DNA of 64,000 bases from Alphaproteobacteria bacterium. Lineage in GTDB: Bacteria; Pseudomonadota; Alphaproteobacteria; RS24. This document shows, in pieces, positions 49,601 through 60,726 of this stretch; the first letter of the stretch is position 1, and the number at the start of each line of letters is the position of its first letter. The stretch covers positions 660-64,659 of the forward strand of contig JAKMDW010000075.1 in NCBI GenBank assembly GCA_022426245.1. Direction: 5' to 3'. The translations under genes were made by a program, and so were the position numbers. The notes under the pieces were generated by a model, which searched no databases, was not told where the DNA came from, and saw only the letters and a list, made by a program, of their open reading frames with translations.

Positions 49601-50149
49601 GCGGGTCAGCACGGCCATTGCGGCGGCGCGCTCGGGTTGTTGCGCGCGCAGCAGCTGGTCGGCAATTAATCCGGCTTCGAGGCTGCGCGCTTCTTGTTCA
49701 TCCATCAGGTCAAAATGCGGCGATAATCCGGCTTCGAGGGGAAAGCGTTTTAGCAGGCTTTCGCAAAACCCGTGAATGGTCTGCACACGCAAACCGCCCG
49801 GGGTTTCAAGCGCGCGCGCGAATAATATGCGCGCCTGCGTCAGCACGGCCTCATCAACCGGTGCGCCAAGTCTTTCGTTTATCTGTTGCGACAGCTTGGC
49901 GTCATCGAGCAGCGCCCATTCTGCCAGCAAATCGAACAGGCGACCCTGCATCTCAGCCGCCGCGGCGCGTGTATAGGTGAGGCAAAGCAGTTTTTCCGGA
50001 AGAACCCCGTCCAGCATTAGCCGCACCAGCCGCGAAACCAAAATATAGGTTTTGCCGGCACCGGCATTGGCACCCACCCAAGCCGACCCATCTGGGTTCA
50101 GCGCTTGGCTTAAATCCGTATCGGGGTTTTGGATAGGCGCGCCGCTCAT
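46640..50149 (-). CDS. addA: Double-strand break repair helicase/nuclease AddA
   Basis: ANAGAGKT, TIHGFC, VDEAQD, VGDEKQSI, TVHGAKGLE, YVAMTRA; nuclease GQIDRL...DFKTG. Confidence 0.96.
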   Translation of the reverse strand: MSGAPIQNPDTDLSQALNPDGSAWVGANAGAGKTYILVSRLVRLMLDGVLPEKLLCLTYTRAAAAEMQGRLFDLLAEWALLDDAKLSQQINERLGAPVDEAVLTQARILFARALETPGGLRVQTIHGFCESLLKRFPLEAGLSPHFDLMDEQEARSLEAGLIADQLLRAQQPERAAAMAVLTRALAESDLISLGRQIIATRDSFDPHRAGDNLRDLARAMQLDRLRDDADNMPAAATLIAKAGEGFDTIARAAIDWFQGGGANDQAQAARLTDYLARRDSDPEQAWQYLRAVFFTGQGKPRAKLYTKDRASENQELARALDDAADDMAQLNDRLMALTNYHLTAALLVFAEALLDSYQAEKTRRAVLDYNDLVAMTNRLLAGDGAAQWVLYKIDNGLEHILVDEAQDTSPAQWQVITGLAEAFFDDAGLATRDDRPRTIFAVGDEKQSIFSFQGADPTGFDRQRHYFEQAITAIGGQFSYVPMTMSWRSAPQILAAVDLVFASEDARKGVTAGNQAMTHQAKREGAIGHVEFWPPLATPRDKDTLKAWQIPDSLPISGRSKLAGQIAEKISNLLADATQNITAGDILVLVRKRDAFVSELTRALKRRQINVAGADRMVLLQQLAVADMLSALDVALNPTDDMALAIFLRSPLGGLDEDALFDLAHYRTGSLWQAIQHGLEKNPDAALVNAHARLDWLRKKSDFLSPYELIAQFLGAQGGHKLLSRRLGPEIDDPLGELLRLALAYEARHAASLQGFVHWLRQGSQDIKRDMEAGGSAVRIMTVHGAKGLEAPIVFLPDTCRPAVRQGGSGDRVQFDANADTAGRRVPLWRAAANLRDSHNAAQAEAAKQAAIEEEKRLLYVAMTRARDRLYIAGWLQKGLSEAPADSWYALAAQALDDPQRRALAAGEMPLERKKQATDAPTPGIAASPDWVMRQATQNSAGHTFFGDKIFSPSNLPDTDAAKSETMVKMMAPNADQDGDQAKKADDEHLRQAAKRGRLVHRLLEILPRYAPAQRAAAATAYLNHHEGAADPTILAQVMAVMADQVLAPLFGAGALAEAPIGGFLTRHDGSRLALSGQIDRLVETDKTILLVDFKTGTPPNDRSGGLYQSQMAAYHALMRAAKPGKTVSCGLVWTQTGRIDWLSADILNAALDDILHARSPLENHQARP

Positions 50150-53100
50150 GCTTCGTCCTCATCTTGCCATTCGGGGCTGCGGGCTAAATGGTCGAATGGC
50201 GTGTCGGCCAAATTTTGCACACCAAAGCGCGGGCGTGGGCGAATATGCGCCAAATAGGGCTGGCTCGGGGCGTCATAATTGGCAATCAGGCGACGCAGCA
50301 TATCCAGCACCTCATCAATCAGCGCATCGCTGCAATCGAAAGCTGTCGGCTCGGCAGCCGGTGTGCGGCCGGTCAATTTCATATAGGTCAGTGCCGCACA
50401 TGCGCCCGATAGGGAAACAGGCTTGGCGGAGCGGCGGTCTTCAAATAGGCCGTCACGCAAAATCGCCGCTTCCAAAGTCAATTGTGGGGCCAAATGCGCC
50501 TCAATCTGGCTTTTGCCCGGCACCGCACCGGTTTTGTAATCAATAATGTCAAAACCGCCATTTTCATATTGGTCAAGCCGGTCGGCTTTGGCGGTGAGGG
50601 TAAAATCACCCAAAGTCAGCTTGCCGGTCACTTCAACAAAACTGGCTTTGACCTTATCGGTACGCGCCGTTTCATAATCAGAGAGCCAAAAAGCCAAGGC
50701 GTCCAAACGCGCCTGCCAAAACTGCATAAGTGCCGCGCCGTCTGCATGGCGGCCTTCTTCGGCGTGCGCCAAATCGAGAAATGCGGTCACGGCATCGGGC
50801 TTTTTGTGGTGACCGGCGGCGATAAACTTTTCCATTAACCGGTGCAAGAAAATACCGCGATGCGCGGCATTGGGTGGGGCATCAACCGCTTCAAGCGCGC
50901 GCAGGTTCAAGATTTTGCGGGCATAAATTTCATAAGGGTTATGCAGCAATGTCTCGATTTGTGTCACCGATAATTGGCGGGGGCGCGCGGCTGTTGGCGG
51001 GGTCGGGCGCGGCGCGCTGTCAGGCATGGGCGCGCCGCCGGTTTGATCCAAAGCCTGCCACCAGCTGATCAGCGCATCGCCCTTATCGCGCGGCAAATCC
51101 CCCGCCAAGGTCTCCAGCCGCCGCAACCATCGCGCGGCGACACTGGGTGCGCCGTCAATTTTCTCGGCACGGGTCAAATAGACTTGCGGCGCGGCGGCGG
51201 CTTGCACAAAGTCATGCGCTGCCTGGCCGATTTGGCGCTCGGGTTGGCTCATGCCCAAAGCGGCGCGCATCGGGCGCGATAGCCACGGGCCGGTTTCCGG
51301 CATGGGCGGCCAGACGGTTTCATTCAGCCCTCCCAAAATCATCACATCAGCCTGCATCAGGCGGGCTTCGAGCGGCCCTAAAATGGACAAGCGCGGTTGA
51401 CCGGGCACTTGCCGCCGAACAGTTTGGCGCATCAACCACATATCAAAAAAAGCCGGAAACGCGCTCTGGGTCATATCGGGTGCCAGCGGACTATGCGCGC
51501 TCAGTGTTTCAAATAGGCTCGCCAGCGCGCGCCCTTGCTCATCATTTTGAAACAATGCCTGAGCTGCAAAAGCCGCCTCATCAGTTTCGTCGTCACCGTC
51601 TCCATCGGTTTCGTTTTCGCGCAAAAAAGGCCCAAGCGTTTCCAGCACAGCATGCAGATGCATCTCGATAGATGAAGTTTGATGAAAGGCGGCTGCGGCC
51701 ATTGGCGCGAAAGCGGTTTCAAGGCGGGTCAACAGGGTCAGCGCGGCGGTGCGGTCTTGCGCCGCCAGCCGGTCATTTTGGCTGAGGCCGGCTCGCAGAC
51801 CGGCCAAGCCGCCAAACGGACGCGGCCCGCGCAAAACGGCGTTCTCTAACAGCCGGACATGCGCCATATGACCGCCGCGCGATTGCCCCAAACAAACCAA
51901 AGGGTGTTTTAACAAAGCCAGCATATCGACCGGAGCAAAGCCTGTATCATGGGCTTGCAAAGCCATCCTCAACAGGCGCGCGCGTGGCAAATTAGCCAGG
52001 GGCTGCCCGGCGGAATCATCAATATCAATACCCCAGCGTTTGAGCTCCGCCGAGACGCGCCGCGCCAGATTGCGGTCGCGCGTGACCAGTGCCGCGGTCC
52101 GCGTGTCGTGCTCCAAAACCTCGCGCATGACCAGCGCAATCGCCCCAGCCTCGGCGCGGATATCCGGGGCCTCGATGAGGTTCAAACCCGCCAGGGTCTG
52201 TTTGTGTGCATCGAGCTTCACATTTATCCAATTGGCGGTTTGCGCCGCCGGCACAAGTGCTTGATTAAGCAATGCGGCGCGCGGCGCTTCGGGCGCGCTG
52301 GCAGGAAAACGTTTCACCGCTTGCGGCGCAGTTTTCATATGCTCAAGCAATTGCGCCAACGCATATTGCGGATGCACATCATCTTTGGCGATGGCCTTCC
52401 AAAGCGCAGGCGAAGCAGCTTCATCAAGCCCGGGCAACACCACCGCGCCGCGCGGCAGGCCGGCAATCAGCGTCAGTAAATCGGCGGTGGCGCGAATGGA
52501 ACCGGTCGAACCGGCGGCCAAAATCGGGTAATCGGGCGGCGTGTCCCGCCAATTTTGCCGCCGCCTGTCGAGCAAGGCATTGCGCCGTGCGGTCGGGTCC
52601 ATTTTCCCGACTTCCCTGAGCTGGTCCGGCCAATAACGCAAAACAATATTCAGCAGGGAGACAATATGCTGCCAGTTCTCGGCAAGGTTTTCAGGTGCCA
52701 GCGTGTCGAGTTTTTCCAGCTGCGCTTGCTCATTCTGGGTCTGGTCGAGAAAGCGCTCCAAATCGTGAACCAGAGCGGAAAGCTTGACCGGATTGAGCGT
52801 CTCACCTGCGCCGCCGCCCAACCCGCCTTTTTCGGCCCATGCGGCGACCAGCGGCAGAAGATGAAAGTGCCGCGCCATTTGCTCAATAGCTGGCGGCAAA
52901 TCATCATCCGGCATGGTGGCGGTGAGCGTGTCGGGCATATCCTCATCAAGGTCGCCCAACGTATCAATGCGCGGCAGCAACAGTGCATCGCGCCCGTTTT
53001 TGGCCGCTTGCGCCACCATCTCGCCGGCCAGCATGCGCGCGGCGCGGCGCGTCGGCAGTAAAATTTGAACATCTTCAAGATGGCAATCGCCAAACAAACC

Positions 53101-53226
53101 GGCGCGATGCGTGTCATCAAGCAGCGCAGCGGCAAGGCGCGGCAAAAACGGCTGTCCGGCAGCGATATTATAGAGGTTAAGCTCTGCCGCATGTTGTTTG
53201 TCTTTTGGCGCACCGGAATCAGTCAT
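50146..53226 (-). CDS. addB: Double-strand break repair protein AddB
   Basis: LPTRRA, AGSTGS, VLPGLD, GPLEARL, ADRLD...IIDYKTG, DHLAR. Confidence 0.95.
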   Translation of the reverse strand: MTDSGAPKDKQHAAELNLYNIAAGQPFLPRLAAALLDDTHRAGLFGDCHLEDVQILLPTRRAARMLAGEMVAQAAKNGRDALLLPRIDTLGDLDEDMPDTLTATMPDDDLPPAIEQMARHFHLLPLVAAWAEKGGLGGGAGETLNPVKLSALVHDLERFLDQTQNEQAQLEKLDTLAPENLAENWQHIVSLLNIVLRYWPDQLREVGKMDPTARRNALLDRRRQNWRDTPPDYPILAAGSTGSIRATADLLTLIAGLPRGAVVLPGLDEAASPALWKAIAKDDVHPQYALAQLLEHMKTAPQAVKRFPASAPEAPRAALLNQALVPAAQTANWINVKLDAHKQTLAGLNLIEAPDIRAEAGAIALVMREVLEHDTRTAALVTRDRNLARRVSAELKRWGIDIDDSAGQPLANLPRARLLRMALQAHDTGFAPVDMLALLKHPLVCLGQSRGGHMAHVRLLENAVLRGPRPFGGLAGLRAGLSQNDRLAAQDRTAALTLLTRLETAFAPMAAAAFHQTSSIEMHLHAVLETLGPFLRENETDGDGDDETDEAAFAAQALFQNDEQGRALASLFETLSAHSPLAPDMTQSAFPAFFDMWLMRQTVRRQVPGQPRLSILGPLEARLMQADVMILGGLNETVWPPMPETGPWLSRPMRAALGMSQPERQIGQAAHDFVQAAAAPQVYLTRAEKIDGAPSVAARWLRRLETLAGDLPRDKGDALISWWQALDQTGGAPMPDSAPRPTPPTAARPRQLSVTQIETLLHNPYEIYARKILNLRALEAVDAPPNAAHRGIFLHRLMEKFIAAGHHKKPDAVTAFLDLAHAEEGRHADGAALMQFWQARLDALAFWLSDYETARTDKVKASFVEVTGKLTLGDFTLTAKADRLDQYENGGFDIIDYKTGAVPGKSQIEAHLAPQLTLEAAILRDGLFEDRRSAKPVSLSGACAALTYMKLTGRTPAAEPTAFDCSDALIDEVLDMLRRLIANYDAPSQPYLAHIRPRPRFGVQNLADTPFDHLARSPEWQDEDEA

Positions 53227-53231
53227 GCTGC

Positions 53232-53240
53232 ATTATAGCA
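53232..53240 (-). promoter_or_regulatory. Extended -10 element, probable leaderless addB transcript
   Basis: TGcTATAAT ending 5 nt before ATG 53226; no SD. Confidence 0.5.
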
Positions 53241-53281
53241 TGGCATTTGGCGGATGCTGATAAAGGCTCGGTGGAATTAAC

Positions 53282-54019
53282 TCAGTCTGCCGCCAATATG
53301 GCCTCAGCCGCGGCGCGACCTTGAGGCGTGCCAACATGCATCCATTGGCCGTCAAGCACATGGCCGTAAAGCGCGCCATTTTGGGCGGCTGCGTCATAAG
53401 CCAGATTGAGTGAAAACGCGCCTTTTGTGGATGCGGCGGGCAGTGCGTCAAACAAGTCGGGCGTCAAAACCTGCACACCGGCAAAAACATATTGGGCGCT
53501 TTTGCCTTGAGGATTAGGGGCGCGTCGGGTCAGTCGCCCGTCCGCGCTTTGCTCATAATCGCCTGCACCGTCATAGCCGCTGGCTTTTTGCGTTGCGCAT
53601 AACATCAGCAGGGCTTGCATATGCGCGGCATTAAAAGCCGCCAAGAAAGCAGGCAGGGCGGCATTGGCGTTATCGGCTTCGCGCCATAATACATCGCCAT
53701 TGGCGACCAAAAACGGCGCATCACCCAAAAGCGGCAGCGCTTTTTTGACCCCGCCCCCGGTCTCCAGCAGCGCGGCGCGCTCATCAGAAAATATAATCTC
53801 GCATGACCCGTCATAGCGCGCCAAAGCGCGTTCAATATGCGCCGCCTTATGGTGCAGATTGATAATTATTTTTTTTATGCCACTGGCTTCCAACCGCGCC
53901 ACCATGCGCATCAGCAGGCTTTGACCGGCGATCTCGGTCAGCGGCTTGGGCGGGTCGGCGGGGGTGCTTTGCATGCGTGTGCCCTTGCCTGCGGCCAATA
54001 TCATTGCTGTGTCGATCAT
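53282..54019 (-). CDS. murU: MurNAc-alpha-1-phosphate uridylyltransferase (nucleotidyltransferase)
   Basis: MILAAGKGTRM, PKPL, LLETGGG, NGD, W.HVGTP; ATGA overlap with the tsaE-amgK stop. Confidence 0.88.
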   Translation of the reverse strand: MIDTAMILAAGKGTRMQSTPADPPKPLTEIAGQSLLMRMVARLEASGIKKIIINLHHKAAHIERALARYDGSCEIIFSDERAALLETGGGVKKALPLLGDAPFLVANGDVLWREADNANAALPAFLAAFNAAHMQALLMLCATQKASGYDGAGDYEQSADGRLTRRAPNPQGKSAQYVFAGVQVLTPDLFDALPAASTKGAFSLNLAYDAAAQNGALYGHVLDGQWMHVGTPQGRAAAEAILAAD

Positions 54020-55542
54020 GCGCCGCCTTCGGGAATATGCGCGTCTAGCGCCTTTGGCGCATGGGTGGTCAGCCAATCGGCAACAGGTTTCAAGCGCGGC
54101 GCATTAAGCTGTGCCCTCAGATAAGTGATAATGCGTGGCATATGCGCCAGATAGGCGGGCTTGGCATCGCGCTGCGCGAGGCGGATAAAAATACCGGCAA
54201 TTTTGAGATTGCGCTGCATGGCACAAACCGCCAATGCAGCCATGAAATCGCCGCGCGCTTTTTGGTCATCGCCAAACCGCCGCGTGAGATAATGGTTCAC
54301 GGCCGCGTCGCGATGAAGCGGGGCAACATCAATACGCGCATCGTAAATAAGCGAAGCGAGGTCATAAGCGGCGTGGCCTTTCAGCGCGTCCTGCACATCA
54401 ATCAAGCCGATGCGATGGCGTGCTTGCGCGGGGTCGCGCCAGATAAGATTGACGCAATGATAATCGCGCAACACGGCGACGGGTGCCTCTTGCATCAGCG
54501 CGTTACCGAGCTCCTGCCATAGTGCGTGCCATTCGGCTTTGGCGGCGTCGCTTGGTGTCATGCCGCAATAGGGCAGATACCAATCGGTGAATAGCGAGGT
54601 CTCAGTGGCCTGCACCGCGCCATCATAGGCGGGCAAAAAATCCGGCGGCTCTTGGGCATGTAAATGCAACAGGGTCTCGACGGCCTCAAAATAAAACACT
54701 GTCTTATCCGGAGGGTTATCGGGGGTTACATGCGCGGCAAGGGTGCGGTCGCCAAAATCCTCCAGCAGAGCAAACCCGGCTGCGCGGTCAAGCGCATAGA
54801 GCTGCGGCGCGGCCAGTCCGGCTTGGCGCAACCATATCACCATATCGGCAAAGCGCGGCATCGCCTCGGCCAAATGCGCCAACCGGCTATAGGGCTTGCC
54901 GTCATACACTGGCGGCCCATCCGGCGCCTCTTGCCAATCCATCAGCACGGCGCGCTTGTTTATCGCTGTGGTCTCTAGCTGCAAACGCTCATAACGTCGG
55001 GTTGAGGCGTCACCCGCAAGCGGTGCGCGCTTTGCCGTCTGCCAATCGGCGGCGGCAAGAAAAGCCGTTAACGCTGCATCGCGCGCCGCGGCATTTTCAA
55101 GCTGCGCGCAAATTTGCGCTGGGGCGGTAATTGTAATGGCCCGACCGTGGTCAGTGGTCTCAAGATGAATATCAATATCGGCCGCGGGCAAAACACCGGC
55201 GCCGTTTCCGGCCCATTCAATCAAACAAATATGATCGGCCAGCGCGTCAATAATACCCAGCTCGTCAAGCTCTTCTGCCGCGCCGAGGCGGTATAAATCG
55301 GCATGAATAATGTCCGGCACCCCCTCATAGGGTTGCAGCAGAGCAAAGGTTGGGCTTGGCACTTGTGTGTCTTGGCCGTGCAGGGCGCGAATAAACCCGC
55401 GCGCAAAGGCCGTTTTGCCTGCCCCCAAATCACCGTTTAAGAAAATCAAGACAGGCGCTTCTAGCGCCGCGCCCAGCCAACCGGCCAGGCGCGCCGTCGC
55501 CGCTTCATCGGCGCTGTCAAAATTAAATCGGCTTTCTGCCAT
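54016..55542 (-). CDS. tsaE: TsaE ATPase fused to AmgK-like (APH-family) MurNAc/GlcNAc kinase
   Basis: GDLGAGKT, SPTF, HADLYRL, IEW; then GDASTRRY, LLEDFG, RDYH..NL, D.QDA, GIF.RL. Confidence 0.92.
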   Translation of the reverse strand: MAESRFNFDSADEAATARLAGWLGAALEAPVLIFLNGDLGAGKTAFARGFIRALHGQDTQVPSPTFALLQPYEGVPDIIHADLYRLGAAEELDELGIIDALADHICLIEWAGNGAGVLPAADIDIHLETTDHGRAITITAPAQICAQLENAAARDAALTAFLAAADWQTAKRAPLAGDASTRRYERLQLETTAINKRAVLMDWQEAPDGPPVYDGKPYSRLAHLAEAMPRFADMVIWLRQAGLAAPQLYALDRAAGFALLEDFGDRTLAAHVTPDNPPDKTVFYFEAVETLLHLHAQEPPDFLPAYDGAVQATETSLFTDWYLPYCGMTPSDAAKAEWHALWQELGNALMQEAPVAVLRDYHCVNLIWRDPAQARHRIGLIDVQDALKGHAAYDLASLIYDARIDVAPLHRDAAVNHYLTRRFGDDQKARGDFMAALAVCAMQRNLKIAGIFIRLAQRDAKPAYLAHMPRIITYLRAQLNAPRLKPVADWLTTHAPKALDAHIPEGGA

Positions 55543-55577
55543 ATCTGCTTTTACGAAGCGGATAGGGTTTCGGCAAG

Positions 55578-56870
<1,293 letters not shown>

Positions 56871-56925
56871 TTATCTCCTGCGATTTCGGGTGTTTTAGCA
56901 GTTTGATGGCAGAGGAGCAAGAAGC

Positions 56926-56945
56926 ATATAAAGATTTCTTTATAT
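56926..56945. promoter_or_regulatory. SahR-type operator upstream of ahcY
   Basis: Perfect-arm palindrome ATATAAAG-attt-CTTTATAT about 60 bp upstream of the ahcY start. Confidence 0.75.
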
Positions 56946-56978
56946 ATCAAATGATTGCTATCGGTTGGCGGATTCGTC

Positions 56979-57260
56979 TCAATCCTCACCGAATTTATCG
57001 GCGACCAAAGCAGCCAAAGCGTCAATTGCTGTTTCGGCTTCATGGCCGCGCGCGGCGATTGTAATGGTGGTGTCGATTGAGGCACCCAGCATCATCAGCC
57101 CCATAATTGACGTGGCGTTAACGGTTTCATCACCCCGCGAGACGCTGATTTGGGCGTCGAATCCCTCAGCCATATTGACAAATTTGGCGGAAGCACGCGC
57201 ATGCAAGCCGCGCTTGTTTGAAATGGTCACATCGCGCTGCGCGCTATCTTTACCGGACAT
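56979..57260 (-). CDS. ptsH: HPr/NPr phosphocarrier
   Basis: NKRGLHARASA (phospho-His), ATSIMGLM (regulatory Ser). Confidence 0.95.
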   Translation of the reverse strand: MSGKDSAQRDVTISNKRGLHARASAKFVNMAEGFDAQISVSRGDETVNATSIMGLMMLGASIDTTITIAARGHEAETAIDALAALVADKFGED

Positions 57261-57292
57261 TTTGCAGCTTTTCGGCACCATTAATCAGCACA

Positions 57293-57703
57293 TCAATCAT
57301 CTGATGCATTGCCCAAGACCTCGCTGGCGACGGAGATATATTTTTGCGCCGCCTGTTTGGCTTCCAAAACCGCTTTGCCCAGAGCCATGTTTTCGCGAAC
57401 CGAGGTCAGCTTGATGAGCATTGGCAGGTTGATGCCGGCAATGACCTCAACGCGGTTTTTTTCCAAGAGCGATATCGCCAGATTGGATGGCGTGCCGCCA
57501 AACATATCGGTCAGCAAAACAGCCCCGCTGCCGCTATCAACCTCGCCAATGGCATCGACAATATCTTGCCGCCGCTTCTCCATATTGTCATCAGCCCCAA
57601 TGCAAATCGTTGCCAAATGTTCTTGCGCGCCGACCACATGTTCCAGCGCGGCCCGAAATTCATCGGCCAAAGCACCATGTGTTACCAAAACCAAACCGAT
57701 CAT
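57293..57703 (-). CDS. manX: PTS EIIA, mannose-type
   Basis: MIGLVLVTHG, TDMFGGTPSN, G.NLPML. Confidence 0.95.
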   Translation of the reverse strand: MIGLVLVTHGALADEFRAALEHVVGAQEHLATICIGADDNMEKRRQDIVDAIGEVDSGSGAVLLTDMFGGTPSNLAISLLEKNRVEVIAGINLPMLIKLTSVRENMALGKAVLEAKQAAQKYISVASEVLGNASDD

Positions 57704-57803
57704 ATGTGTCTCCTGTATTGCGTTTTACCTTGCAAGAGTTTCGCGCGCCAATCAAGACGCCGCGCCATTCGATAATCGATTGGCAGGGTTTTATGCGGCC
57801 AAA

Positions 57804-58271
57804 TTATAGCTCAGTTTCAGTCCCATAAACGCCGGTTTGGCTGAAGCCGTGTCGCGGCAAATGCGCCAATGCCTGCAAAATCACATGCGGCGTGGCAAGG
57901 TCAAAGGCGTGTAAATCAAGCTGCGGCAGGCGGCACCCTTGATGATGAAAAAACGTCTCCTCTGCGATACGCGGCACATTTTGTCGCGCCACCAAATTAA
58001 TGGATAGGGACAAAACAGCGTTTTCGACAAACGGTAAGCGCACCACACCCAGCCCGCGCAATTCCAATTTACCGGCAAGCGGCGGCGGCGCATCGGCACG
58101 CAAAACGCCTTTTTTTTCGCTCAAGCCCACACGGTCATCAGCGATTAATCGCGCGCCGAAATTTTCAATCAAATGTGCGGCAAGGCTGGATTTGCCGCTG
58201 CCCGATGCGCCCAAAAGCAAAACGCCGCCCCCTGTCACCAAAACAGCACTGCCATGCACCGTCTCACTCAT
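57804..58271 (-). CDS. hprK: HPr kinase/phosphorylase (short proteobacterial form)
   Basis: VHGSAV, GASGSGKS, LIADD, LELRGLG; start ATG 58271. Confidence 0.88.
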   Translation of the reverse strand: MSETVHGSAVLVTGGGVLLLGASGSGKSSLAAHLIENFGARLIADDRVGLSEKKGVLRADAPPPLAGKLELRGLGVVRLPFVENAVLSLSINLVARQNVPRIAEETFFHHQGCRLPQLDLHAFDLATPHVILQALAHLPRHGFSQTGVYGTETEL

Positions 58272-59994
58272 CAAGCGCCCCTTTGCTCCGTTTGCGGCGC
58301 GGCGGTGCTGCCTCTGCCAAAGGCAGGCTGAGGGTAAAATAAGCCCCGGTGCCGTCGGGACGATTAGCGGCAATCAACTCACCGCCATGCGCCCGCGCAA
58401 TTTGCCGCGAGATGGACAGCCCCAAACCGGAATGGCCCAATTTACCCGTCGCATTTGTGCTGTCATTTGTGTCGTTAAGGCGGCCCGGTTGCTTAGTGCG
58501 GTCGGTATAAAACCGGTCAAAGATTTTTTCTTGGGTATCAGCAGCCAGCCCGGGGCCCTCATCGGCAATCAGCAACAAGGCCTGCCCGTCGCCCTGTCGT
58601 GTGGTTAAAAAGACCCGTCCGCCCGAGGGGGTGAAGGAGGCGGCATTGGTCAATAAATTGTCAATAATTTGCGCGATGCGCGGTTTTTGCCCCAGCACCG
58701 GACATGGTGTATCGGCGCGCACAACCAAATTGACTTTATTGTCGTTCTCAAGGCCGGGCGTCAGCGCCTCGGCTAGCTCGCCCACCAAAGCGCTTAAATC
58801 AAACGGCTCGCTGGGTTCGAGGCTCAGCTCGGCATCAAGGCGCGTGGCCTTTGAAATATCTGAAATCAACCGATTAAGCCGGTTAATGTCATTGTGAATA
58901 ATGCCCATAAGTTGTTCGCGATCGCCGGATTTTGACTGGTCGAGGCTCTGCACGGCGCTGTGCAGAGAGGTGAGCGGGTTTTTCAACTCATGCGCCACAT
59001 CAGCGGCAAAACGGTCAATCGTGGTGATGCGCGCCAAAAGCCGCTCGGTCATATCGCGCAAGGCGCCCGATAATTCGGCAATCTCATCGCGCCGATGCGA
59101 TAAATCGGGAATGGTTTCCAGTCCGGGCAGGCTGGGCGAGGTGCTGCCAAAGCCGCGCATGGCGGCGGCGAGGCGGCGCACCGGCACAACCATGGTCGCA
59201 GCCAGCAGCAGCGAGGTGATGATATTGACCGCCAAGGCGATGGCGGAAAGCTGAAATATCAGGCGGCGTTCTTCGGCCAGCAGAGCATTGATTTCCCCGG
59301 GCTGGGTCGAGACCATCAGCGCGCCGACAACAGCACGATAACCCTGCACCGGCACGGCGACGGTTAAAATATCGCCGCCTTCTTCAGACTGGCGCTGGGC
59401 GCTGGCCGGTTGGCCGCGCAGCGCGCGCGTGACTTCCTCCAACCGCAAACCGTCAGCTGCATTTAGTTCGCTCAAAAGCGGCGTCGGCGCGCGCCATATG
59501 GATGTCAGCCTGTTCATCAGATTTTGCATCAGCCCGGGCATGGTGTCATTGCCCGGCATGGGCGGCAGTGATTTGGCAATCACCCGTGCCGAGCGGTCCA
59601 TATGAGCGCTGTCGAGCACCAGCCGCCCATTGCGCGCATAAAGCCGCAGCCGTGCTACCGACACCAAACGGGCACGAGCCAAAATGGCCTCGGCATCGCG
59701 CAACTGCCAATCAGAGCGCCCGCCATTTTGCAGCAGCCGGTTCATGATGGAGGGCTCGAGAAACTGAAACGGATTATTGGTCTGCGCGGTCGGGGCCAAA
59801 GCACCGGCGATGAGATTGGCTTGCGTCTCAAGGCTTTGGCGATAGGCATTGGTTAACAGCTGGCGGCTTTCCTGAAAGGTTAGAAAACCACCGACCAAAA
59901 CCAACAGGCCGAGCATATTCAGCCCGACAAGACGGGCGATGAGCGACCGCCAGACGGTCGGCCTGATAATTTTACGCGCATCGGTTTCGGCCAT
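58264..59994 (-). CDS. chvG: Sensor histidine kinase ChvG/ExoS
   Basis: Two TMs, HAMP, FAADVAHELKNPLTS, RLISDIS, DEGPG, FYTDR, HSGLGL; next to chvI and hprK. Confidence 0.93.
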   Translation of the reverse strand: MAETDARKIIRPTVWRSLIARLVGLNMLGLLVLVGGFLTFQESRQLLTNAYRQSLETQANLIAGALAPTAQTNNPFQFLEPSIMNRLLQNGGRSDWQLRDAEAILARARLVSVARLRLYARNGRLVLDSAHMDRSARVIAKSLPPMPGNDTMPGLMQNLMNRLTSIWRAPTPLLSELNAADGLRLEEVTRALRGQPASAQRQSEEGGDILTVAVPVQGYRAVVGALMVSTQPGEINALLAEERRLIFQLSAIALAVNIITSLLLAATMVVPVRRLAAAMRGFGSTSPSLPGLETIPDLSHRRDEIAELSGALRDMTERLLARITTIDRFAADVAHELKNPLTSLHSAVQSLDQSKSGDREQLMGIIHNDINRLNRLISDISKATRLDAELSLEPSEPFDLSALVGELAEALTPGLENDNKVNLVVRADTPCPVLGQKPRIAQIIDNLLTNAASFTPSGGRVFLTTRQGDGQALLLIADEGPGLAADTQEKIFDRFYTDRTKQPGRLNDTNDSTNATGKLGHSGLGLSISRQIARAHGGELIAANRPDGTGAYFTLSLPLAEAAPPRRKRSKGALDE

Positions 59995-60726
59995 TTAACT
60001 CACTTCTTTGAATTTATAGCCAACACCATAAAGCGTTTCGATGGCATCAAAGCTCTTATCGACTTGGCGAAACTTGCGCCGCAAGCGTTTTATGTGACTG
60101 TCAATGGTGCGGTCATCAACATAGATTTGATCGTCATAAGCGGCGTCCATCAGCGAGTCGCGACTTTTCACCACACCCGGGCGACGCGCCAGCGCATCGA
60201 GGATCATAAACTCCGTGACCGTCAGGGCGACGGTTTTGCCGCCCCAAAAACAATCATGTCGTTCGGCATCGAGGGTCAGTCTGCCGCGTTCCAAAATCGC
60301 ACCCAAATCGCGTCCGCTATTATTATTTGGGCTGTCAGAATTATGCTGCGCGGCCTGATTGCGTGCCTTGGTGCGACGCAAAACGGCGCGTATGCGCTCA
60401 ATGAGAAGGCGTTGCGAAAACGGCTTGGTGATATAGTCATCAGCCCCCATTTTAAGGCCGAAAACCTCGTCGATTTCATCGTCTTTTGAGGTCAGGAAAA
60501 CCACCGGCATTTGGCTGGTTTGCCGCAGTTTTCTCAGCAATTCAAGACCATCCATGCGCGGCATTTTTATGTCAAACACGCCAATATCGGCGGGCGTTTG
60601 TGCCAGGGCCTCAAGGGCGCTTTCGCCATCGGTAAAACTGCGCACACCAAACCCCTCAGTTTCCAATGCCATGCGCACGGAAGCCAGAATATTGGCGTCG
60701 TCATCAACCAGAATAATTTGCGGCAT
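59995..60726 (-). CDS. chvI: Response regulator ChvI
   Basis: [50 protein letters not shown]; start ATG 60726. Confidence 0.97.
   Translation of the reverse strand: MPQIILVDDDANILASVRMALETEGFGVRSFTDGESALEALAQTPADIGVFDIKMPRMDGLELLRKLRQTSQMPVVFLTSKDDEIDEVFGLKMGADDYITKPFSQRLLIERIRAVLRRTKARNQAAQHNSDSPNNNSGRDLGAILERGRLTLDAERHDCFWGGKTVALTVTEFMILDALARRPGVVKSRDSLMDAAYDDQIYVDDRTIDSHIKRLRRKFRQVDKSFDAIETLYGVGYKFKEVS

Noticed and set aside
54016-55542. TsaE-AmgK fusion as a novelty
   Set aside because: This fusion upstream of murU-addB-addA-trxA is common in Rhizobiales and relatives.
57747-57785. LacI-type (PckR-like) AATCGATT site upstream of manX
   Set aside because: Only the 8-bp core matches, and it is equally explained by a GCCAATC/GATTGGC inverted repeat.
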